From Ruditapes philippinarum (taxonomy: Eukaryota), in the NCBI RefSeq assembly GCF_026571515.1, contig NW_026855312.1, positions 124,001 to 188,000 of the forward strand: a stretch of 64,000 bases of DNA. The letters are read 5' to 3'. Shown here piece after piece: positions 13,701-25,700 of this stretch. The notes under the pieces were generated by a model. The model was not told where the DNA came from, did not search any database, and saw nothing but the letters and a program-made list of their open reading frames with translations. The translations under genes and the position numbers were made by a program. Within the stretch, counting starts at the first letter, position 1. Every line of letters begins with the position of its first letter.

Positions 13701-16700
13701 GCTTAATATTTCATCTTTATAAAAATATATTCTGTTTTGGATTTTATGTCAAAGACGACGCACATATTCACCCGGGAGCAATACTTCTGATAAAGAAGTT
13801 AAGTTTTTGCCAAGGAATGTTGTGTTACCGCATCCCTCATCATCAAGCTGTAACCATTTTTATGATGAGGGGTATATTAGGTTTGTGACAATGGTCACCT
13901 AAGTCTCCAAACTTTCTTGTCTTATTGTGTCCGTCAAAATCACATTTTGAATTGCTTATGTTAAGGAGTGTTTGGAATACATGTATTTCTTTAAATAAAT
14001 ATCAATCTACGGCAGTTCTTGAAATGCAATTCCTATCAAATTAATATATATTGCGACGTTTCCAATATTTTATTCACGTGGTAGATTTTAAGTATTAACA
14101 TGTATTTTGTGCATAAATAAAAACCCAAAATACAGCTGTATTGGTGTAGGTTTCTGGACAGCTGATAACAGGACCTTTACGATGTAATAGATTTGCATAT
14201 TTTGCATCTTACATTGTAAAAGTTGCATTAATTTTCTTTTGTTCATGTAATCAACAAAGTAAATGCTCTCTACATTTAAAATAACCCGTACTGTATACCC
14301 CTTTTATTCTTTAAAGTCACTTTTCCAGACATTCTTTAATGGCTTGTATTCCCATTTTACGATAGACACGGCAGATAATCCAGCATTTAAAGATGACGAT
14401 TCTGAAAATGGTGTCCCAAAAGACAAAATTGATGTCAGCAGTAACGGCGACGTGATGCCAGAATCAGAAAGGTAAAGCAAAATACAATTTAATAGCTATT
14501 TGAAAATTGTCAAAAAGTAATAGATAATCAATATTTTGCGACGCATAACAGGCAATATAAGAAAAAAAACCTGAATGCTCTAGACCATGATTATGAGGCT
14601 GTTTGAAACCATACAGACTATTTTTCAGAGTTAAACGTATGATATACAATAACAAAAATAAAATAAAATAAAAAAACCACTAGAACGTTTAAATAAATAA
14701 ATAATATAAATAATAAAGAAGAAGGAAAAATCTCTAATGATCGGAATGAATGTTAGGTGTACATTTTCGTTTTAAGTAATAGAAAATTTCGCTTTGCATA
14801 TTATTTCCTAATTTACAAGGGGGAATTATCAAATAGAAATATGTTCATAGGACACGGATGCTGGATTTTCAGTTTACGGACAGACAGACAGTCAGACAGC
14901 AGTACAACAGGACAAACAGCTAATGAATAATTCTTTATACCACACTCTAAGAATTGAATTGGAAACATATATCATATATCATTTATTAAGGTTGACATAA
15001 TATGAAACAGTTAAAATGAAACTCTTAAAGGTCACCCAGCTCGGCAAAATTGAACCGTTGATTGTTCTGTTTAACCGGGCTTGTGATAAATGCAAGCTAT
15101 CGTCTGCACCCTTATAGTACCTGGCACCACCGTCTTAGCCCCAATAACACAGACTTCAGAATTTGGAAACATATTTCAGCACGTGCAGTGATTCTTTTCC
15201 TTAAACAGAAAAATGATAAATAACTATTTGATATTTGTTATATATTGTTTTTCCTATTTTGAAAACGTGTCCATTCTCATAACGACTTTCTTTTTTGAGT
15301 TTGGATTTCTTCTTGGTGTTTCCAGTGTAAGAGAATGTTGTAAAATTTGATATATGATGTAATAGAGTACTTTAACGTTTATACTAGATTTTTTTTAAAC
15401 TGTTGGCAACTTATAAACTTCGTGAACTTTTTGAAACGTGCCCCAGATAATAACTAGATACAAACCTGCTGACAACTTTTGAACTTTTTGCAACGTTCCC
15501 CAGATAAACACCAGATTACAAAACTGTGGGTAACTTTTGAACTTTTTGCAACGTGCAGGTGAACAGCATGATATAGCTAGATGATAAAAGTGCAAATCTT
15601 TCGCTGAAATCTAACTTAAATTTCAAATAAGTAGTAATTGAATGCTGCAGTCATTTTACAACATTTAAAGTTATAAACCTTTTCAGTAACAGCATTCAGA
15701 CGAAACATTTATGTCTGTACCAAATACCTTTAGTTTACTTTAAAGGAATGTGTAAAGAAATGAAAAAGTAACTTAAAACTAAAGTAAACATGGGGACAGC
15801 CTACAACTCTTTAAAACATACATTGTAAACATGTTGAATTTCATGTGAATTAACATAAAAATGTTTAAACTTGAAAAAAGACAAAAGTATTAAATTTGCT
15901 TGTAGTAATAGATGTTTATAACCTGGGTACTTAACTTAAAGCAGATGTAGTAAGGTGTCGATGAGGAGAGCTATAGTCGTTGAGAGCTTTATGCGGCGTA
16001 ACAAAGCATGGCTATCATATATTAGGAACATATTTTTGCGAGTGAAAATAATGTCGATACCTTTTTCCCTAATATATTTCCCGAACATGTTTTGAAGGGA
16101 AAGCGATTCCTTCTTAAAAGGGAGAATTGGTTTGAAATGTGTTATTCAAGATCCATTTTACGTAACTGTTCATGCCCTTTATTAAATAGTAGCTTCATAA
16201 AGAATTTATGTAAAGATGTTCAGGTCGCCAGAACGAATGATTTAATGAACAGTTCTTAGAAATGATTAAGAGGTAATGAATGATTATCATTGTTTTTTTT
16301 TTGTAAATATACAAATGTGTTTTCCATGGGGTCAAGTGTATTCGTTCAATATAAGAACTAAAGAGTACCTAATGCCTCTTCTAAGCCTACAAGATAGTGT
16401 CAATCTATTGATAATGATGTTTGCCACTCTGTCTAAGTCTCATGGGTTCGTTCCAACATGCTTCCCTACTTGACACCAGTAATGGATTGTAAAATGTTTT
16501 GCACTCGACAGTGGTTCATATCATTCTCCAGCTTTCATCAAAATCGGACGTTTAAAATAAACTGACCCTAATGGAATTATTTGCCCGTAACAGTTTAACT
16601 GATTATTGTCGGAACGAACTGACTTTATATATTCCGTCATGATCCCGGCTGCATAAGAATGAGCAAGCAAGTCCTATATTAGACTACAAGTACCTTTTTT

Positions 16701-19700
16701 CATTCTCGCTTTAAAATAGTGTAGCTCATTGAACATTAATTTAAATGTGGAACCATATTCGTTAATTTTCTTTGATATGATCTAATTTTAGTAATAAAAA
16801 CTCATACAAAGTAAGTGATAAAGACATAGAGGCAGAGCTTCCTGAAGAGATGGACGATGAAATGAAAAGATATGCTAAAGCATTCGCTCTTTGTGTTGCT
16901 TACGGCGCTAATATTGGAGGTATTGCCACACTGACTGGAACACCACCAAATCTTGTCTTGAAGGAGAACGCCGATGAGTGAGTCATACCATACTTCCATT
17001 TACAGTTTGTATTATTATATGTATATATGTGTATATGATATATTGAAGCAGGTATGTTATATTTTAATTGTATAGTAGTAGATACAGACGTACATGGCGA
17101 GAGGAATTCGAAAGTTCAGTTGAACTACAGAGGCAAGCAAAGGCACTTGCTCTAAGTGTGGCATACGGTGCTAACATTGGAGGAATAGCAACGGTAACGG
17201 GCTCTCCTCCAAACCTTATCCTTAAAGAAAACGCTGATAGGTAAGTAGAATAACTTAAATCAGAAAGAAAAAAATAAATTCAAAACTTAATTCATTAATT
17301 ATAATGGATAAAAAATGATGAAATAATTGATATAGCATTTAGGACTGGAAAGCTTATTTTTTATTTGTCATTACATGTAAATATTAAATGAGTGAAATAT
17401 TCTAATTTTTGATTGGACGTAATCTTTTCCATTTTTATTCAAATTAAAGTAAATGATAAGTATATAAAAGTCATCTTATAAAATATATAGTAACCTTCAA
17501 CTATAATTGCATTACGTTCTGTATGGATTGCAGCCTTGCACGGTACGTTTAAATATTATTTTTCACTTTATTTCCTCTCCCTCAGTTAAACCTTCCCGTC
17601 CTTTACCTATATTTTGCCCTACAATATTTTACATTTTTGCTTTGGAAAAACATCATATGACATTTGTGTACCCATATGATGTAAATATATCCCATATACA
17701 TCAAGAGAATAGCATGTTTTGTTATGTTGGCAGTGGTGATAGTAAGATTTTATGATTATTTTTATTACTTCAAAGGATAGTTATTTCTTACATTGACAAT
17801 GGAAACAAAAAGTTTTATTGTAATAGCTTTACACTATTGTCACAGTTGTTATTTTATCATGTAAATCAAGATTTGTAAACATGTTCATTTTTTTCTGTGC
17901 AGCATATCATATTTCAAAGGTATGACCCGGAATGAAATAAGTGGTGCAACAAAGATGTTATTTAATTTTTTTCGCAGAAATTGTTACAGAAATGGTTTTA
18001 CATAAAAAATACTATAAATTGTACATATACATATATCTAGATATTTTCCCTTCATCGTTTTGCATGATACTACTGTTTTCCTTTAATACTTAGCTTAATA
18101 TTGATATAAACTGATACCCCGTCTTGTGTATAACCTAATTTTTACGCATGTGCCAATTTTGCAGTTAAATTTGGCTTAGATTTAAATTTAGAACCTTTTT
18201 TAAATCATTAAAGCTAGAGTTCTACCGCTTTCCTACCTTCCTAAATTAAAGGTTAATAATTTTGCTGAATATGTTTCAATAGGAAACAGAAATGTATGGA
18301 ACGCCAAATGATCATAAACTCAACTATTTAGGTCTCTCGACAATTACTTGAACCTTTCTGTCTGAAAGTTTTACAGAATTTCCATTACATAACCATTTGT
18401 TTACTGTTTCTAACAGTACTTTTTAAAAAAAACAAAACTGTTTTGTTATTTACTCATATAGCCATGTATGCCTCATATAAAAATGATTCAAAAAGTTGAT
18501 AGACGAATGATTGGTTAAATAACATTTTTTTTCGAAATACATTTTGTATCTGTATTTACATCTTGACTTCGAAAGTAAAATCCTCTACCATATGATTTTG
18601 ATAATTATATCATTATGTTTTAACATTTATACTATAAGATAGTTTTTAAAAGTTGGACAGTGAACAATTTTACAAATAAAAACTTACAATTTTATTTGCA
18701 TTAACTCATGTAATATCACAAAAATATAAATATACGTGTCATGAGATGGGGTAAGTTTCAGAACAGGTAAGTTATTTCTTATATCATTTTTATTTCAAAG
18801 ACATTTCAGTTATTCGTGAATAAGATTCAAGATTCAAATATATTTTTATATGGTAACGGACACATGATTCTTCTACAGTGTAATTTGATGAATATATATT
18901 AATATCAATATAACTCAAAGTCAACATGAGACAATTTATGGATTATGCATCATATTTACTCTGATGAGTCGAAACATGAGATGGCCCTGAAAGAGAAACA
19001 AGTATGTTTCATCATCATCATCAACAACAACAACAACTATAATAAATATTTCATCAAAATAAATATTATGCTTTAATTTTTTATACATAATTAGTTTATT
19101 AGATATACCATTTTTCGTAGGCAAAGATTTTGATTTTTTGTTTACTTTATAGATTTACTTTAAGAACGTCGGTGGTTCTATTCAGATGCCAGTTCGTACA
19201 GGTCTGAAGTACTGCAGGGACAGAGACATGAAGTCTTCTTTCACCAGTAAAGCCGGAAAGTCGTCATATGACCTCTACGTATTCTTTGTTTGTGCGACGT
19301 AAAACAAACCAAAAAATACTTAAATTAATTTAACTTCTTGGAGTTTTAAGTGATACTGACATTGTACATTATCAAGTAATATAAACATCTCTTCTTGAAT
19401 CCCTTGTTAGCTCATAAGCAGGCTAGCTTTTTTTCGTTCCTGTTAAAATTTGAACTTATGCAGGCGACGAGCAATTGGCACATGAGCTGTGTGAACTTCT
19501 ACAATTCACAATTATCAGATTCTCACACATCTTTAATTATATAAGCTGATATTTTCCCACATGCGCGTAAGTAAAATTCCTTTGCAAATAAAGATAACCG
19601 GAATGAAACATTGATTTTTTTTTTCAATATTTTCAGACTATACTCGGAAGCAGGATATAAAGGAGAATCCGAAATATCTTTTGCAAAATGGATGGGCTTT

Positions 19701-22700
19701 GCATTTCCCTTATCTCTGTTGACGGCAGTGATTGGTTGGTTGTGGCTTATTTTATGCTTTATTCGATGCGGGTATGTACCAATAAACCACGACTTGCAGG
19801 TTTCTGCTTACACCTATATGAAGTCTCTTGGTCGTGTATGTAATCTATACATTTTGTTTTATTGCCAATGAACAACTTTCTGTTCCTAAGTCTAGTGTAT
19901 TGTACTACTATTTATGAACGAAAATAATGTAATGTTTTGGGTATGAAAAGAAATATATTTCTTTTATTTATACCACAGTCAATGTGTAGCAATTAAAGTA
20001 TTAACATGGGCACACGTGAATGATTTCATACTTATGTGTCTAGTTTAGCTTTGCTTCGTTTTGATGTAAAATTTACACCAATGTATAGTTTAACATAATG
20101 ATGTTATACTTGAATGCACATTTTAACATGAAGTAAAATTGTCAAATACTTCAATGTACACCTGAATACTAATTAGGACTGACAAATACCTCCATGTACA
20201 TGTAAACCGGAATGGTTTGCCACATAAAACTTCCCATTCATTTCGATGAAGCATTTATAGTTTAAGATTATTTTCACTTCCACACAATTTAAAGCACTGG
20301 TTACAAGTTGTATATAACACTCGAGTCTTATCTTACACACTACTTTTAAATATTTTCCTAATATTAAGACATGACGGATTTTATCTTTAATCATTCAGTA
20401 AAAAATAACTTTGATCTATAGTTAAAAATACATGCTTTTGTCAAGGCTTTTAACAGTTAAAATGCCTAACGTAGATAGAAATATTCCAAAAGAAGATGGC
20501 ATTAATTAAGAGACGTTCAAATTCTTGTGATAATGCAGATTTATTAAGAAAATAATAATAAAATGTCTTTAAGATGATTTAAAATTGTTATATAATATTC
20601 AATCGTTGAATGTTGATTTAAAATTGTTATATAATATTCAATCGTTGAATGTTGATTTAAAATTGTTATATAATATTCAATCGTTGAATGTTGATTTAAA
20701 ATTGTTATATAATATTGTTGATTTAAAATTGTTATATAATATTTAATCGTTGAATGTTGATTTAAAATTGTTATATGATATTCAATCGTTGAATATTTAA
20801 TTCATTAAATCACAGCATATTTGATTATTATTTAATTTAATCTTTATTTCTATTAGATGTTGTAAAAAGATGGACCCTGAACAGAAGAAGGCTGTGAACG
20901 CCACCATTAGAGCTCAGTTTAAAAGCCTTGGTTTCTTGACGTAAGTAGATCATTCAAATTAAAGAATTTCCACCAATACTATTATTTATACTATTTTTTA
21001 AAAGTAAACCAAAAACTCGAATTTTAAAATGTTGTTGTTTTGTTTATTGTGTGTATGTGTGTGCTTGTGTGTTATAGATGTAAAAATATTTCAAAAAATG
21101 AGTATTTATTTATATGTAATATAGATATGTATTTGTGTCTGATATAAATGTGTATATGCATGCTATATAAAATGTTTATTTCACAACTTATAAAATATAA
21201 CCAATGAAGTTTCAACGTTAGAATCACTAAATGGTTCCGATAGAAATCATTCGAAACCAGTCTTCTTAAGTCTCGTTTCCATTTCTATAGTTAATCAATC
21301 CATATCAAATGCATATCGTACCATAGATTGCCTCGTTTTCATTTTCAGCGTACATAATTTCTTTAACAATTACATATCATATCTCTTAAAGCCTCGTTTT
21401 CATTTTTAGAGTCCGAGATATCTATATCAAATGCATATCGTACTTATCTAGCCTTGTTTCCATTTTCATGGCTAAATAAATCATATCAATTATTGTAATT
21501 GAAGTATCAAAGTTTCGTCAAAATGTCAAAAATGATGGTGTGAAATAAAGATGTTATTGTATTGTATTGTTGAGAACAATACTGATTCTATTGGACTCGT
21601 ACACATCTGCAAAACCTATACATTTGTTGCATTTGACTCAGCTAGCGTTTATTTTCATTTCCAGGGTTTAAAAACCGTATCAATTTCTTATTGTAGATTC
21701 AGCTTCAAGAATTAAAGTTATGTCAAAATGTCAAAAATGATTATATGAAATAAAGTGGTCATTATAAATTGTTGGGAACGATACTGTTTCTACTGGACTC
21801 GAACACTGCTGCAAAACCTGTATTAGACTCATAAAATATAGTTTGACATCTGTATTCTTGTCCAACAAATTAATTTTAGCAATGTGTATTAACCTGGTCA
21901 AATTTATATAAAAATATGAATGTATTTTATATTGAAATAATTTGTTTTAGTCTTGTACTCATTGTTAAATAAGAAATAAAAAATATGGTTTTCACAAATA
22001 TTTCATTTTTTAATTTAGTCTGGCCGAGCTCCAAGTTTTGATTGTCTTCATTATTCTGGTGATCTTATGGTTGTTTCGTAATCCACCTAACATTGACGGA
22101 TGGGGTGATATCAGCGCATTTAAACCCGGGTAATTATACCTACATATTAACGATTTTGTAAGCATGTGTAATTCTCTTTATGTATCAATTTACGGATAAT
22201 TTTCATAATGACAACTACTTTTCGAAAACATTATTATCACATATATCACTATGAAATCAATGAAACAAAGCTACAGAAAAATGTTACAGTAAAGAATATT
22301 CATGGTATTTACTAATTCGTTCAATGTTTATTTGTCGGCGATATTTTGATGGAAACGAAAAAGATAAAATGACACAAGAATATACGTACAATTAAATAAG
22401 AAAGCAAACGTTTTACACTGTAGAAATATTAAATGACTTAAAACAACCAACATGTCTATTTGGTATGTCAATTCACACATTGTTTCTTATGATTCCTATA
22501 CATGAGAATGTTTCTTATGTGTTTTTTTGCATGACAGCGCATGCGCATGTGATTGAGATAGATTGTTGTCAGTGTATTGCCAGTGGACTGTATTGAATTG
22601 CAAAACAATGTTTGACATGTTTGTATATGTGTATGTTACACTCGACTCAAAGCATGTGATGTTTATAATACAGCTTGGTCTGAGTCTTTGGGCTGTTCTA

Positions 22701-25700
22701 ATATTTTTATTTTATATGACTCATATGCATGTGTTTATGCACAGTGTTTGTTATACATTATATAGATATGTGTCAGACTCGACTCCGTGCATGCTCTTAA
22801 GTGTTCTGTTGTTTCTATTACCAAGGGAAGTTCCACAAATATTCTGTTTATTAAAAGAAGGTACGGTTAATTTATTCTCATATTTGCACAGTAGCGTACA
22901 CACATATACATGTATACATATACAGTCTTGTCTTTACGATTTTATGATTATGATGTGCTATGTGAAATAAATGATACTTGCTGATTTACAATGTAATATC
23001 AACAAAGCAACTCTAGCTTTGATAGTGAAACTTAACTTTAAGTATCATTAATTAAAACGCAATTTTACGTCATGAATAAAATCAAAGAGTAACATAACGG
23101 TCTATCTGGTCTATTTAGTATATCTTGCATGTCAGACAGGGTTGTCTTTTCTTACACCGGTACAAAAACAAACAATAAAAAATCAAAGCAATTTGTTTGG
23201 GTCTCAGAATGTCAGAAAGGTGAAGGTTTTGAGATTATAAATCAATTTGTTTTTGTATAGTGCCACCAATGTTTTCCAGTTCTTTAACTGTAGTAAATTG
23301 GCTATAAGACTAATTGAAACTCAATTCATTGTTTATTTGACTTTTAAACAATTTAAAAAAATGAGTTGCCTTAACTGGGATTTGAGCTCCAGACATCTCT
23401 CTTCCTAAGCGAGGGCCACGGTGAAGTTATATGTTAACGACCTGAAGAAAATCCTATTATTCTATATTAGGGTTTGTAACCCTTATTTCGACGCTAACAC
23501 ATATATGTAGCTTACTATAAGCATATATATCTATAAAGAATAAAACAATATTAGAAATCTTCGACCATTCGGGAACTTTTTTGCTTGAAAATTAATGCGC
23601 CTGTCATTTGACAATCTTTACGCAGTGATATCCCCTGATTTTTTTTCGGCGTTAGTGTACATATAAAGGGAAGTAACCGCTTCAAAAAAGCGGACTATTT
23701 TCGGCATTTGCAATTAACAACATCAGGGTCTGAAATTTCGACTCAAACAAATAAAAACCCTTCTTACTACACCGTAAGTAAAGTCGCATTTTGAATGACG
23801 TCATTCCCAAACGCCTGTGCTCTTTGGGTGACGTGATTTTTCTGTAGAGAATGAAGCTGGAAATTAATACGCTACTATAAATGATAATATAAGTTTAATT
23901 TCTCTAAAAAATGTTCGAAATATTATTTAGCCCTAATTTTCAAGAAAAGGAATCGAACAATGGCTTTCGTCATTGTTACAGAGCCTTGTTACTGTCCTTC
24001 AAAGTAACTTTAGGGCTAGTTGTTCTGGCGCCGTGTTCACTGAGAAAAGTTCAGGATCATAATCAAATTATCATGATTTTATTTTCACTGGTTTACGAAA
24101 CTAAAAAATTGATCGTATTTTGTTAACATTTAATGGTGCATAAACAAAATGTAAAAAAAAATGCCAATTTCAAAAAGAAATAACCCTTATTTGAAAGCAA
24201 AATAACACATAGCAAAACAAATACAAAAATAACCGGATAGCAATAAGGATCATTTTTAGGATCAGTATTTGGATCAACTGTAAAATACCCACCTTGGTTG
24301 ACTTTGTCATGGTTCAGAACTGTTCACTTTTTAGGGGAGAAGATGTGTAAGCGGCTTAGTACCTCTGTCGGTAGAGCCGCAATACGGTATTCCGAGGGTC
24401 CCAGTCAGGCTGCACATTTTTCTCACCCTGTGACATTTTAATTTCAGTTTTATCAAGTTGATATTCAATATTTAATTTATGAAGATAAAAAATGAATAAG
24501 ATTTTAGTTTCAAATTTGATCCTGATCTAGATCCGGATCCTTTAATCTCAGTAAATACTTACCCCGGTCTGTACCGAAAGCCAATCTATGACTCTTATAC
24601 ATGTAATATAAATGTATACTTACATACAAAAATATTTAGCATAATAATTTGCAGGACTCCCTTCCTATAAACCGATATTGACATGGCAAGCAGTTAGTGC
24701 TAAATTACCATGGGGAGTCATCATTCTACTTGGTGGAGGTTTTGCAATTGCCAAAGCCAGTAAAGTGAGTTCATGAATATAATTATAATATTATTATGTA
24801 GTCAGAAAAATTTAAAAACTAGACATATGTTCAGTTTACATTTTATATTGTATTTAAGCAAAACAAATACTTTGTGCATGCCAACTTTACATTTGTAAAT
24901 GATTTTCTAAACGCTTTATATATTGTTGTGAGCGAAATTTCAAAACAAAACGAGCAGAAATATAATTTTTACATTCGATACTTCAATACAATTTGATATA
25001 GTAATCAAACTGGTTATACTGAATGTGGACACTTGACAATACGCGCCATCTCTCATATCTAATTGTTTATTCTCTTAGTTGGGTTTACGTCGCACCAACT
25101 ATGTCTTTACTAGTGGAGGAAAACCTCATGTCCTCCTTCCTTAGAACCAAAGACGTTCCATAAGCTAGCTAGATAGCTGCTTACAGGAAAAAATTCATAG
25201 TTCCTGGTGGAATTCGAACCAACAGGTGTGAGAGGCAAGTGGCTTGAACTCTGCCACGGACGCCAAAAACATGCTGCAAGTTATAATGTTATTTGCATTA
25301 AAAGCGCATGCAATGTCAAACCTACTATGTCTACTACTTCATTTGTAATAATCAAATGCTTATAAACCATAAATTATCCTGGAATATTCATAGGATTCGG
25401 GATTATCTTTATGGCTGGGTAATCAACTTTCTACATTCGACAACTTAGATAATTGGGTTCTGAACTTGCTAGTATGTGTGATAGTCGCCGGTGCAACCGA
25501 AGTTACAAGTAACACTGCCACCGCTACACTTTTGATGCCTATATTGGCAGAACTGGTATGTTTCATTTATGGTATTTTAACGAACAAAACATGTGGTCAT
25601 CCACTTCTTGAGATTGAAATTGAGAGCAAAATGAGACTACTAGTCTACTAAACTCTAATGATTATGAGTTCAAATTGCAATACCAGTTGTTCTGAAGCTT

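Noticed and set aside
16792-17240. Exon 6a/6b as an assembly or haplotype artefact
   Set aside because: The copies differ at most synonymous sites and their flanks do not align, far beyond allelic divergence.
20575-20795. CRISPR-like array (also 62370-62697 and 982-1190)
   Set aside because: Head-to-tail or irregularly spaced repeats without unique equal-length spacers; eukaryotic context; no cas genes.
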